A stretch of DNA of 64,000 bases from Clostridia bacterium (GTDB lineage: Bacteria > Bacillota > Clostridia > Oscillospirales > CAG-272), in assembly GCA_017454525.1 (NCBI GenBank), contig JAFTCT010000100.1, positions 4,850-68,849 of the forward strand, read 5' to 3'. This document shows, one piece after another, positions 43,749 to 54,403 of the stretch. Under the pieces are notes generated by a model, which saw only the letters and a program-made list of their open reading frames with translations, ran no database searches and was not told the origin of the DNA. Positions within the stretch are counted from its first letter, which is position 1; each line of letters begins with the position of its first letter. Made by a program: the position numbers and the translations under genes.

Positions 43749-44900
43749 TCAACGGTAGATGACCTGCCCGTCTCTGACCGTCATCGAGATCCTGAAGGTC
43801 TCTCTGCTGATCACCGCGACACTTGCATTCTTTCCGGGTCTGATGGAACCGAGCCTGTCGGAAATGCCTAAAGTCGTCGCGGGATTGATCGTCGCGAAAT
43901 CGATCGCGTCGGTAAACGGCACGCCGCAGAGCGTAGTCACGTTCTTCACCGCGTCGTTCATTTTCAATACGCTTCCGGCGAGCGTTCCGTCCACGAGACG
44001 CGCTTCGCCGTTCTTGACGATCACGAGCTGACCGCCCAGTTCCGATTCGCCGTCCGGCATGTGCTTTGCGCGCATCGCGTCGGTGATCAGCGTGATCTTG
44101 TCGTGCGGTTTATTCTTGACGACAAGTCTGATCGCCGGGACCGAAACGTGGATCGTATCGCAGATCAGTTCGCAATTGAGTTCATCCATAAGCAGCGCCG
44201 AACCGACGGTGCCGATCTCGCGGTGATGCAGCGGCTTCTGCGCGTTAAAGGTGTGCGTAACGTTCTGCGCGCCCCACTTCACGGCGTTGACCATATCCTT
44301 ATACGCCGCATCTGTATGCCCGACGGAAGTCACGACGCCGTTCGCGCGAAGATATGGGATCAGCGTTTCCGCCCCCTCGGTTTCGGGCGCCATGGAAATG
44401 ATCCTGATATTGTTTCCGCTCAATTCATTATACTTCCGGAAGATCTCCACCGACGGCGCCTCGACGTACTCGATCGGCTGTGCGCCGACGTGCTTCTTTG
44501 AAATAAACGGACCCTCAAGATGAAGACCCAGGACCTCCGCGCCCTCCGGATGACGCTCGCTTCTGTACTGTTTCACAGCCGTCATTGCTTTTCCGATGTT
44601 TTCGGGGGACTGCGTCATCGTCGTCGCGAGGAATCCGACCGTCCCTTCGGCTGCGATCGCACGGGCGATCGTCGAAAGCGCCTCGGTCGTGCCGTCCATC
44701 GCGTCGCTTCCCGCCGCGCCGTGGATATGCTCGTCGATAAACCCCGGAACGACCACCTCGTCCTCGCGCAGCGTCATAAGCGGTTCGATACCCGTCGGAT
44801 CGTCCCCGACGCAGGCGATCTTTCCGTTTTCAAAGCCAACGGAGCATCTGACGACGCCCTTCCCTTCAACATAGACGTTTGCGTTCACAAAGCCCTTCAT
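43749..44900 (-). CDS. nagA: N-acetylglucosamine-6-phosphate deacetylase
   Basis: PGFIDEHIHGAAG, HLEGPFIS, VGHTDA and TH.FN motifs. Confidence 0.9.
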   Translation of the reverse strand: MKGFVNANVYVEGKGVVRCSVGFENGKIACVGDDPTGIEPLMTLREDEVVVPGFIDEHIHGAAGSDAMDGTTEALSTIARAIAAEGTVGFLATTMTQSPENIGKAMTAVKQYRSERHPEGAEVLGLHLEGPFISKKHVGAQPIEYVEAPSVEIFRKYNELSGNNIRIISMAPETEGAETLIPYLRANGVVTSVGHTDAAYKDMVNAVKWGAQNVTHTFNAQKPLHHREIGTVGSALLMDELNCELICDTIHVSVPAIRLVVKNKPHDKITLITDAMRAKHMPDGESELGGQLVIVKNGEARLVDGTLAGSVLKMNDAVKNVTTLCGVPFTDAIDFATINPATTLGISDRLGSIRPGKNASVAVISRETFRISMTVRDGQVIYR

Positions 44901-44943
44901 TTTTCCTGCCGTCCTTTCATTACTGCATAGAATGTCTTACGCT

Positions 44944-46020
44944 TCACTTCAATTCAAAAATCATTTCGACCGGGTTATGGTCGGAATATGCAAACTGCGT
45001 GTCGAGAACAGCCGCGCTCTTGGATTCGACGTTCGGGGAAACGAGGAATCCGTCGATCGTCAAAACGAACTGTCCTTTATGATAGGGACCGTCCGCGTTG
45101 CGGCAGGTCGGAACGGGGTTGGACGCGTCAAGAGGCGCGACCAGCACCGCACTGTATTTCTTCAGAACGTCCTCGGGGATCGGCTGCGCCCAGGTGTACT
45201 CCTGATCCGCCTTGCCGAAATAGACGGAGGAATCTCCGAGAATGTCCTTATTGAAATCTCCGCCGGCAATACAGTAGTTTCCGAGTTTGTACTCTTTCTC
45301 CATATCCGAGAGCAGAAGATCGAGTTGTTCGTTGACGACCTTTCCGTCGGAAGTGTATGCGGAAAGATGGAAATCATACAGGACAAGGTTCTTGCCGTTG
45401 TCCACCTTGACGTAGTTCTTGGAGTAGCAGCGGTCAAGGTCGACGAGTTTCATCAGACTGTCTTCGATCGGCAGTTCCACGCGCTGCGCGTATGTGATCT
45501 CTGAAGACGAGAAGGTCATGATGCCGGATCTCGCGATACCGTGAGGGCAGAAGATCGGATAGAAAAGATAGGGAGAATCAAAGTTCTGGGCGAAAGTATA
45601 GGTCTTATCGCCGAGTTCATTGAGCAGATATTCACGTTCGTCGAAGCCGTAACTGCGTGTGGAATCGAAATCCACTTCCTGAACGAAGAGGAAATCGGCG
45701 TTTTGACCTTTCAAGAAGGACGCTATCGCCTTCATGTTCTTATCGAGCCGCTCTTTGGACCACGCGCGCGATTCCGTCCCGCCGTCCATAAAGAAGCCGT
45801 AATCCGGCTCGTATGCGCCGAAGCCGATATTGAAGGATACGATCTTGTACTCCTTATTGACGCTCGCGGACTTCTCAAGTTTTCCCGAAACGTCGATCTC
45901 CGCGTCTCCCAGACGGTGAAAAGCGGAGAACACGTAGATGAAATAGCCGCCGACGGTAAGAATGACGAGTGCGAGAATGATCGCGATCACGATCAGTGTG
46001 ATTTTTACGGGTTTCTTCAT
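44944..46020 (-). CDS. membrane-anchored endonuclease/exonuclease/phosphatase (EEP) family protein
   Basis: N-terminal TM. SFNIG, LFVQEVD, GGDFN and SDHNPV motifs of the EEP fold. An alternative start lies at 46041. Confidence 0.8.
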   Translation of the reverse strand: MKKPVKITLIVIAIILALVILTVGGYFIYVFSAFHRLGDAEIDVSGKLEKSASVNKEYKIVSFNIGFGAYEPDYGFFMDGGTESRAWSKERLDKNMKAIASFLKGQNADFLFVQEVDFDSTRSYGFDEREYLLNELGDKTYTFAQNFDSPYLFYPIFCPHGIARSGIMTFSSSEITYAQRVELPIEDSLMKLVDLDRCYSKNYVKVDNGKNLVLYDFHLSAYTSDGKVVNEQLDLLLSDMEKEYKLGNYCIAGGDFNKDILGDSSVYFGKADQEYTWAQPIPEDVLKKYSAVLVAPLDASNPVPTCRNADGPYHKGQFVLTIDGFLVSPNVESKSAAVLDTQFAYSDHNPVEMIFELK

Positions 46021-46150
46021 AATGAAGACCTCGCTTTCCATATTTCCTGCGTTTATTCTATCACATTTGCTTCAGAATTGCAAGGCTTTTTTCCTCTTTT
46101 CAACTTGCTCATAAAAGTGCAAAAATACCGGCAGACGCGCGCGTTACCTG

Positions 46151-46179
46151 TTGACTTTCCGGCGCAAATCCTGTATAAT
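46151..46179 (+). promoter_or_regulatory. sigma-A-type promoter of radC
   Basis: TTGACT - 17 nt - TATAAT. Confidence 0.55.
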
Positions 46180-46206
46180 GAAGAAAACGACAGGGAGAGA
46201 CCGGAT

Positions 46207-47019
46207 ATGGAAGATCACGATGAGAAAAATCTGCACAGCGGTCACCGCGACCGTCTTCGGGAAATGATCGCTCAAAACGGTTTCGACGGCATGCCCGACC
46301 ACGTGATCCTCGAGTTCCTTCTCTTTCACGCGATCCCGCGGAAGGATACCAATCCGATCGCTCACCGCCTCATAGACCGTTTCGGAAATCTTCAGGGCGT
46401 AATGGACGCCGATGAAACGGCGCTCCTTTCCGTCAAGGGCGTCGGAAGAAACGCCGCGCTTCTTCTGCGGTCGATCCCTCTGCTGACAAAAAGGTACACC
46501 CTTGAGAAAGTGAAGCGCAGGGACAACTACACTTCGATCAAAAAAGCGGGCGAATATCTCGTAAAATACTATATCTCAAAAACCGTTGAGGAAGTGACCG
46601 TTATGCTGCTCGACAACAGCGACGGACTGATCGCGTTTGAGAGTCTGCAGGAAGGCACCGTCAACAGCACGCCCGTCACCCCCAGAAAGATCGCGGAGCG
46701 CGCATTCAAATATAACGCGTCTTCTCTGATCCTTGCGCACAACCATCCGTTCGGCACGGTCAAGCCCTCCAACGACGATCTCGATACGACGCGTCATATC
46801 GTCAATTCGCTCATGGAACTCGACCTTACGGTCAAAGCGCATATCGTCGTCGCCGGAAACAAGTACAGAGACATTATGCCGGATATGTACAGCAGTATGC
46901 GCTTCGCACCGAAGTACATCGTCGTGGAATCCGGTCCGCCCGACGGCGAAAGCGACGAATCCGACGAAGATAATGCTCCGGCGCCGGATACCGGTCCTTC
47001 GGACGCGCACGGCGAATAA
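46207..47019 (+). CDS. radC: RadC-family JAB-domain protein (UPF0758)
   Basis: N-terminal HRDRLRE..., HhH region (L.SVKGVG) and a JAMM-like LAHNHPFG...PS.DD motif. The ATG at 46207 lies downstream of a consensus promoter. Acidic C-terminal tail. Confidence 0.85.
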   Translation: MEDHDEKNLHSGHRDRLREMIAQNGFDGMPDHVILEFLLFHAIPRKDTNPIAHRLIDRFGNLQGVMDADETALLSVKGVGRNAALLLRSIPLLTKRYTLEKVKRRDNYTSIKKAGEYLVKYYISKTVEEVTVMLLDNSDGLIAFESLQEGTVNSTPVTPRKIAERAFKYNASSLILAHNHPFGTVKPSNDDLDTTRHIVNSLMELDLTVKAHIVVAGNKYRDIMPDMYSSMRFAPKYIVVESGPPDGESDESDEDNAPAPDTGPSDAHGE

Positions 47020-47038
47020 AAGACACGCACAACCGAAT

Positions 47039-47090
47039 AAAAAGGGTCGTTTCATTCCGCTGACCGCGTGAAATGAAACGACCCTTTTTG
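47039..47090. terminator. bidirectional rho-independent terminator (radC / LytM-protein gene)
   Basis: A-run, gggtcgtttcatt / aatgaaacgaccc 13-bp stem, T5. Confidence 0.8.
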
Positions 47091-47099
47091 TGCAAATGC

Positions 47100-48779
47100 C
47101 TATTGATGCGCGATCAGACCGTGTTCGATGAGTTGCTGCAGGGACACGGGCACGCCGTTAACGAAGGCGCCGACGTGGAAGTTGAAGTTGAGCTGCGCGT
47201 TGAATCCGCCGTCCGCGGCGTGCGCGATGAACTGACCGCTGCTGACCTCATCGCCCAGATGAACGGCTATATCGGAAGAAAGGTTGGTATACCAGGTCTT
47301 CAGCCCGCTTCCGTGATCGATGATGACCAGTCTGCCGGTAAAGGTCTGCGCGCCGACGTAGACCACCTTCCCCGCGTAAGCCGAGAGCACTTTGGTCACG
47401 TCGCCCTCCACGCAAACGTCGTTGACCTTCTTCATCTGCGCGCAGTACATATTGTCCCACGCCAGATAGGATTTCTTGATATTGATGATGTTCACCGTTG
47501 CGCCGAACCGGTAGTTAGAGGTATCGGAAATATAGTTGTCCTGCGCGGGGATCTGGAATTTTCCGCCGGCGAACGACTGCTCGGACGGCGCTTCCAGGAT
47601 CGGACGGATGCTCGCCCACAGCGCGTTCAGCACCGATTCGTTATAGTAATCCTGCGCGTCGGGCGCATAGAAATCGTAGGACGAACGCTGAAGCGGCGCG
47701 ACGTTCAGCGTCAGCTTATCCTTCGCCGTCGATGAACTGAGCGTAAACGTATAACTCGTCAGCGTGTCGGTCAACTCGGCAGGGATCGCAATGAGCGCCT
47801 GATACGATTCGCCGACCTTATAGAACTTCGGATCGCAGTCGAACTCAGGCGTGCACTCGACGCTGATCGCCGACGGATCGGAAATGTTGTAGGCGGACAG
47901 GATCACGATCTCTCCGCAATGCACGTTTTCCGCGCTGAAACTGAAAGCGGGCGTTCCCAGCAGTCTTCCGCTGAACAGATACTCCGCGCTGCCCGCATAG
48001 GCGCGCGCTTCGTTCTCACGCCATATCAGCGTCATCTGCACGTTGACAGACACCGATCCCTCGAAAACCGTTTTGATCAGCGCCTGTCTGCTTCCCGAAA
48101 AGAGGCGGACGCCCGTTTCCGAATTCTTGATCACCAGACGGATCTCGTCCGGCGTGTGATCCGTTTCGATCGGGAGCGCGGCGTCGAAACTCTCGACAGA
48201 CGCGCTCGCGTCGTGATTGGCAAAGGAGCAGGACGCCTTTTTCAGTTCGCCGTCCACCGTCTTATAATTCCAGTCAAGATTTCTGGCGGGCAGCTCCACG
48301 CCGCCGAGTTTGACCGTCGGCGGAAGCGCGGATTCATAAACGCGCTCGCCGTATTCGCTGTTGAGGAAGTTCAGCGCGCAATCGGCGTTGATCTTGTACG
48401 GCTGATCCTCGTTGTTGACAAAATAGCACTTGTTCCTGTCGGAAGAAATATAGTATCTGATCTCGGTGCGAACGTCGAAATTATCGGTGTAGGTCACCTT
48501 ATACTTCACGCCGGACAGCGCTTCCTTCGGCAGAGCCGTCAGGAGCTTCGGCGCGTGCTCTTCATCTCCGAGCAGCGCGACGAACGCCTGCATTTTCGGC
48601 TGTCCCGAGACGTACTCCTCTATGCTTCCGTCCTCGTTTTCAAGCCGGGCGCTGACGAGTTCGTTCTTTACGATATTCTGATCGTCGACGGTACTGTTAT
48701 AACAGTAATATCCGATGAGCGCGGCGGTCGGCGCCAGCACGACAAGTATGCAAACGATAACGAACAATACTTTTTTCAT
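47100..48779 (-). CDS. membrane-anchored protein with a C-terminal degenerate LytM/M23 domain
   Basis: N-terminal TM. The C-terminus matches the M23 core (GKVVYVG...GRLVIIDHGSGLKTWYTNL...G..V..GQ.I). No H-x3-D was seen where expected, and NFNFHV replaces HLHFE. Confidence 0.7.
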   Translation of the reverse strand: MKKVLFVIVCILVVLAPTAALIGYYCYNSTVDDQNIVKNELVSARLENEDGSIEEYVSGQPKMQAFVALLGDEEHAPKLLTALPKEALSGVKYKVTYTDNFDVRTEIRYYISSDRNKCYFVNNEDQPYKINADCALNFLNSEYGERVYESALPPTVKLGGVELPARNLDWNYKTVDGELKKASCSFANHDASASVESFDAALPIETDHTPDEIRLVIKNSETGVRLFSGSRQALIKTVFEGSVSVNVQMTLIWRENEARAYAGSAEYLFSGRLLGTPAFSFSAENVHCGEIVILSAYNISDPSAISVECTPEFDCDPKFYKVGESYQALIAIPAELTDTLTSYTFTLSSSTAKDKLTLNVAPLQRSSYDFYAPDAQDYYNESVLNALWASIRPILEAPSEQSFAGGKFQIPAQDNYISDTSNYRFGATVNIINIKKSYLAWDNMYCAQMKKVNDVCVEGDVTKVLSAYAGKVVYVGAQTFTGRLVIIDHGSGLKTWYTNLSSDIAVHLGDEVSSGQFIAHAADGGFNAQLNFNFHVGAFVNGVPVSLQQLIEHGLIAHQ

Positions 48780-48839
48780 GGTTCACATATTCCTTTCTGT
48801 TCCGTGGAAGCCGTGATCGGTCAGCGCAGAACACCGCCG

Positions 48840-49553
48840 TCAGGTGATCGCAAATCCGCCGTTCACGCCGATCACCTGTCCGGTGATGAACGACGCGCGC
48901 TCCGACGCGAGGAAAACGCAGAGCTCGGCGACCTCCTCCGGCCGTCCGATCCTGCAAAGAGGCGTTTCATCCCGGAGCGCCTCCACGGTCTTTTCGTCAA
49001 GGCAGGCGTTCATATCCGTGTCGATCACGCCCGGGCAGACGCAGTTCACGCGGACAGACGAAGGTCCGACTTCTTTGGCAAGCGCTTTTGTCAATCCGAT
49101 CAGACCCGCTTTCGCGGTACTGTACGCGGCTTCGCAGGAAGCGCCGACCTGCCCCCACACGGAGGATATATACAGAATGTTCCCGCTGTGCCTCGAGATC
49201 ATACCGGGCAGCAGCGCCCCCGTCAGCAAAAGCGGCGCGTCGAGGTTTACGGTACGGACCCTTTCCCACTCGGCGTAAGAAAGATCCGTAAACAGAGAAA
49301 CCGAGGAAACGCCGGCGTTGCTGATGAACACGTCGAAGGCGGGCAGTTCTTTGATCTTCCGGCAGAGATCCCGCACGCATGAAACGTCGGAAAGGTCGCA
49401 GCGCAGTCCCGTCGCGCCCAGTTCTTCAAGGGCAGCCGCTTCCCTTGAGGACGAACGGTATACGAAATACGTCCCATATCCCTCCCCGAGAAACCGCTCG
49501 GTCAGCGCTCTTCCGATCCCGCGCGTTCCGCCCGTGATCAATGCTGTTTTCAT
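48840..49553 (-). CDS. SDR-family oxidoreductase (FabG-like)
   Basis: TGGTRGIG cofactor motif, NAG, YSTAK catalytic YxxxK, ~237 aa. Confidence 0.85.
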   Translation of the reverse strand: MKTALITGGTRGIGRALTERFLGEGYGTYFVYRSSSREAAALEELGATGLRCDLSDVSCVRDLCRKIKELPAFDVFISNAGVSSVSLFTDLSYAEWERVRTVNLDAPLLLTGALLPGMISRHSGNILYISSVWGQVGASCEAAYSTAKAGLIGLTKALAKEVGPSSVRVNCVCPGVIDTDMNACLDEKTVEALRDETPLCRIGRPEEVAELCVFLASERASFITGQVIGVNGGFAIT

Positions 49554-49581
49554 TTTTCAGCGATCCTTTTCATTACTTGAA

Positions 49582-49613
49582 AAAGAGGCCGCCGCGTCAG
49601 CAACGACCTCTTT
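49582..49613 (-). terminator. possible terminator downstream of ftsZ
   Basis: aaagagg / cctcttt 7-bp stem with an 18-nt loop, T-rich on both sides. The stem is weak. Confidence 0.35.
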
Positions 49614-49627
49614 GTTTTTCTGCGGAC

Positions 49628-50743
<1,116 letters not shown>

Positions 50744-50815
50744 AACTTGCCCTCCCGCGTTTTGAATTTCTATAGTGAAAGTTCGTGAACTATGACTATA
50801 ATTTCACTTATAAAT

Positions 50816-50844
50816 ATAATAATTGAAATCGACTGATTTTGCAA
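50816..50844 (-). promoter_or_regulatory. candidate promoter of ftsZ in the AT-rich ftsQ-ftsZ spacer
   Basis: Minus-strand TTGCAA - 17 nt - TATTAT. Confidence 0.3.
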
Positions 50845-50906
50845 TAGATGAAACGAAAGTTCATAAAAAATTAACAATTTCGACAAGCCATCAAAGGTTC
50901 AGAGCG

Positions 50907-51692
50907 CTATCTTGCGCGCGCATAGGCCTCCTTTACCGGATCGTTGCCGCTCGTTTCCACGCTGATCACGCCCTTGAACGAAGCGTCGAGTTTCTCCTTT
51001 GCGATACTCTGCGCAAGTCTTATTTTTTCTTCATACCTTTTATAGTTGCCGAAACGCAGTTCATACTTCGCTTTTCCGTCGTCCGCGATCCCGGAATAGA
51101 TCACGATATCGAAGCGGACGCGCAGGTCAAAGAGCAGATCGTCGCCGTCAAAGAACGACGCTTTCACCGCCTTGATCAGTCCCGGAATATACAGGGAATC
51201 TCCCTCCTCGCGGTATCCGATCTTCTCTCCCAGGACCGCGTACCGCGCCTCCGGCATCATCACTTCCGGCAGAACGCCGTACCGCTCCCGCATTTCTTCG
51301 AGCGTCGGAAAAATGTCGATGATCTTCTCGCTCTCGGAAACGACCGTATAACTTGTCCCTTTGTCGCCCGAAAGCGCGTACTCGCCGTTCGCGCTCCAGA
51401 AGAGCGGGCGTTCCTTTTTCACGGTGAAGATGATCTTATCCGGCATTTCCCTTTCGATCGAAACGCTTTCGATCATTCTGAATTTCTTGAGCACCGCTTT
51501 CTGCGCTTTCCCGCTGTTGACAAAGAGCATCAGATCTCCTTCTTTGATGTCCGACGCTTCGATCAGCTCGTCCACCGTCCAGCCGGCGTCTCCCTTCACC
51601 TCGATCTGTTTGACCGAGAAGAAGATCTTCATCACGATAAACGCAAGTACGGTAAGGATGATCAGTACGACCGCCGCGCCGACGGAAAACAT
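50907..51692 (-). CDS. ftsQ: FtsQ/DivIB-type cell division protein (TM + POTRA)
   Basis: N-terminal TM followed by a POTRA-like V.QIEV.G motif. Position between murG and ftsZ. No canonical start codon lies upstream in frame before the stop at ~51788. Confidence 0.7.
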   Translation of the reverse strand: MFSVGAAVVLIILTVLAFIVMKIFFSVKQIEVKGDAGWTVDELIEASDIKEGDLMLFVNSGKAQKAVLKKFRMIESVSIEREMPDKIIFTVKKERPLFWSANGEYALSGDKGTSYTVVSESEKIIDIFPTLEEMRERYGVLPEVMMPEARYAVLGEKIGYREEGDSLYIPGLIKAVKASFFDGDDLLFDLRVRFDIVIYSGIADDGKAKYELRFGNYKRYEEKIRLAQSIAKEKLDASFKGVISVETSGNDPVKEAYARAR

Positions 51693-51824
51693 CAGCGCCG
51701 TTCTGACGCGTATTTTTCTCTCGAGTCTCTGTCTTGTTTCCTCGTCGCGCGCCGCTTCCTCGCTCAGATAGTATCCGCCTTCGATCGCTCATCCCTCCCT
51801 TCATCGCCGCCGGGACCGGCGGTT

Positions 51825-52943
51825 TCAGTTCCTCTTTTTATCCGTCAGGCCGACGATCTCACGATAGATCACGTCCTCCGCGTTCCTCACGGCGAAGGGC
51901 AGAACGGCTTCCGACATTTTTTTCAGTTTTTCGTCGTCAAACAGAAGTTCGCCGACGTTTTTTGAGAGCACGCCCTCCTTCAGAGTCTCCTCGCTCATCA
52001 GCAGCGCCCCGCCGGCGTCGCTGAAAAGGTGCGCGTTTTTCGTCTGCTGATCGTTCGTCACGTTGGGCGAGGGGATCAGTATCGACGGTTTCCCGAGCAC
52101 TGCAAGTTCCGACAGCGTCATGGCGCCTGACCGGCAGATCACCAGATCCGCCGCCGCCATATACGCGGGCATATCGTAAATGTACTCGTTGACGCACAGA
52201 TTTCCGAAGGCGTCAAGTTTCTTTTCCTTAAACTGCTTCATGAACGCTTCCCCGCCCTTGGCGCCGGTCGCGTGAATAAACAGAACGTCGGGACGGTTCT
52301 TCCCGTACTCCTCCATGAGCGCGAGGATCTGCGCGTTGAGCACCGCCGCGCCCAACGATCCGCCGAAGGACAGAACGATCTTCCTGTACGCCGGCGAAAC
52401 GCCGAGTTTTTCCCTCGCTTTTTCACGGTCGTACACATAGAAATCGCTTTTCAAAGGCGTGCCGACGTGAACGACCTTTCGCGCCCCCTTGAGGTGCTCC
52501 CGCGTCCTGTCGAAATTTACAAAGATCACGTCCGCCTTCTTTTGCAGCGTTTTCACCGCGAATCCGGGCACGGCGTTCGATTCGTGCAGAAAGCAGGGGA
52601 TATGCATTTTTGCCGCCGCCGCGCAGATCGGCCAGCACACGTAGCCGCCGGTTCCGATCACCGCGTCGGGTTTGAGTTCCTGCAGCAGTTTTTTGGACGC
52701 GCGCTGCGCCTTGACGGTCAGGACCAGCGTCTTGAGATTCTGCGGGGACAGACTGCGGCGGAGTCCTCTGATATCGACGTGGTGCATCGGATATTTCGCG
52801 GGAACGAGTTTATTCTCGATCCCGTTCGGCGTACCGACGTAGTGGATCTCCGCGGTGGGGTCGTTCTTCTCGATCGCCTCGCCGATCGCGAGCGCGGGAT
52901 TGACGTGACCGCCCGTTCCGCCTCCCGATAAAATCACTTTCAT
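51825..52943 (-). CDS. murG: undecaprenyldiphospho-muramoylpentapeptide beta-N-acetylglucosaminyltransferase
   Basis: GGTGGHVNPALA N-terminus and a C-terminal GAMT..E motif. Confidence 0.93.
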   Translation of the reverse strand: MKVILSGGGTGGHVNPALAIGEAIEKNDPTAEIHYVGTPNGIENKLVPAKYPMHHVDIRGLRRSLSPQNLKTLVLTVKAQRASKKLLQELKPDAVIGTGGYVCWPICAAAAKMHIPCFLHESNAVPGFAVKTLQKKADVIFVNFDRTREHLKGARKVVHVGTPLKSDFYVYDREKAREKLGVSPAYRKIVLSFGGSLGAAVLNAQILALMEEYGKNRPDVLFIHATGAKGGEAFMKQFKEKKLDAFGNLCVNEYIYDMPAYMAAADLVICRSGAMTLSELAVLGKPSILIPSPNVTNDQQTKNAHLFSDAGGALLMSEETLKEGVLSKNVGELLFDDEKLKKMSEAVLPFAVRNAEDVIYREIVGLTDKKRN

Positions 52944-52962
52944 GTCATTATGTCCTTTCAGG

Positions 52963-54342
52963 TTATGTTTGAAGTCTCGTATACCTTGATATGCTGAGGA
53001 GCACGCCCATTTCCGTCAGAAGCATGATGAGCGCCGTTCCGCCGTAAGAGAAGAACGGCAGCGAAATGCCCGTGTTCGGAATGGTATTCGTGACAACGGC
53101 GATGTTCAGAAACGCCTGGATCGTCACTTTCGCAACGATCCCGATCACCGTGAGTCTCGAAAACGTATCCGGCGCTCTGCGCGCGATAATGACCCCTCTG
53201 ATAAGAAAAGCGATGAAGAGCGCGATCACGCAGAGCGCGCCGATGAGTCCCAGCTCTTCGCAGAGGATCGAAAAAATAAAGTCGTTCTGCGGCTGGGAAA
53301 CGAACAGATGCTTCTGCCTGGAATTGCCGATCCCCACGCCGAAGATGCCGCCGGACCCGACCGCGTACATCCCCTGAAGCGTCTGCCAAACCTCGGACTG
53401 GATCGAATAATTCTCGGGATGAAGCCAGATATCCACGCGCTTTGCGGCGTATTCAAAGGAATTGACCGCCACGACTCCGAGAGCGGCGGCGCCCAGCACG
53501 CCGACGCCGAACCAGATCATTCTTCCTCCCGCGCACCATATCACGACCATCCCGATCGCAAACAGAATGATCGTGCCGGAGAGGTGTCTTTCCAGAATGA
53601 TGAGTCCGCAGACCACGGCGACGAACAGGAACGGTATGAAGAATCCAAACGTCGAAGTCTTCCAGAAACCGCCCTCGCGCACTTTGTTTCCGACGCGGCT
53701 GTAATAGAGCGCCAGCATCAGGATCAGTCCGAGCTTCATGATCTCGGAGGGCTGGATCGTAAAGGGACCGAGATCGATCCAGCGCTTTGCGACGCCGGAA
53801 GCGACGCCCGCGGCAAGAACGACGAACAGCAGGATCAGCGCCGTGCCGAAGTACAGCGGCGTTAATCGCTTGATGACCTTGTAGTCCACGAAGGACGCCG
53901 CAGCCATCACCGTGACGCCGATCGCAACGAACAGAAGCTGCCGCTTGATGTAATAGTAGCTGTCACCGTAGCGGTTGAGCGCATAAGCGTAGGAAGCCGA
54001 AAAGACCATGACGCATCCGAAGCCGATCAGCATCAGGATAATGATCAGCATCGGTCTGTCGATCGAGCCCTTGACTCTGTAAATATCGCCTTGCTCGCTT
54101 CTCCCGATAATGCGTTCCTTGAAAGACCTTTTTTCTTTCGGCTTTCTGACGGGCTTTTTAGGGGGGTCAACGACTTCGCTCTCATCGGCAATCCGTACCT
54201 TTGCCTCCGAACCGTATCGCTCCATCATCCGTTCGTCAACAGTTCCGGTCACTTCTCTGCCGGTCCTGCGGAGCTTTCCGGAGTTCACGGATCCCCTGTT
54301 TTGATCAGACGTCCCGCCGGCGTCTTTTTTTCTGAAAGCCAT
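52963..54342 (-). CDS. ftsW: FtsW/RodA/SpoVE-family (SEDS) peptidoglycan glycosyltransferase
   Basis: About ten TM helices. Q.SE..K, DFIF and PFFSYGG SEDS motifs. ~90-aa basic N-terminal extension. Confidence 0.88.
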   Translation of the reverse strand: MAFRKKDAGGTSDQNRGSVNSGKLRRTGREVTGTVDERMMERYGSEAKVRIADESEVVDPPKKPVRKPKEKRSFKERIIGRSEQGDIYRVKGSIDRPMLIIILMLIGFGCVMVFSASYAYALNRYGDSYYYIKRQLLFVAIGVTVMAAASFVDYKVIKRLTPLYFGTALILLFVVLAAGVASGVAKRWIDLGPFTIQPSEIMKLGLILMLALYYSRVGNKVREGGFWKTSTFGFFIPFLFVAVVCGLIILERHLSGTIILFAIGMVVIWCAGGRMIWFGVGVLGAAALGVVAVNSFEYAAKRVDIWLHPENYSIQSEVWQTLQGMYAVGSGGIFGVGIGNSRQKHLFVSQPQNDFIFSILCEELGLIGALCVIALFIAFLIRGVIIARRAPDTFSRLTVIGIVAKVTIQAFLNIAVVTNTIPNTGISLPFFSYGGTALIMLLTEMGVLLSISRYTRLQT

Positions 54343-54403
54343 GATCCGTACTCCTTTCTTCGGAAGTAATAAAACAGATACCGACCGAATGATCAGACAG
54401 CCG

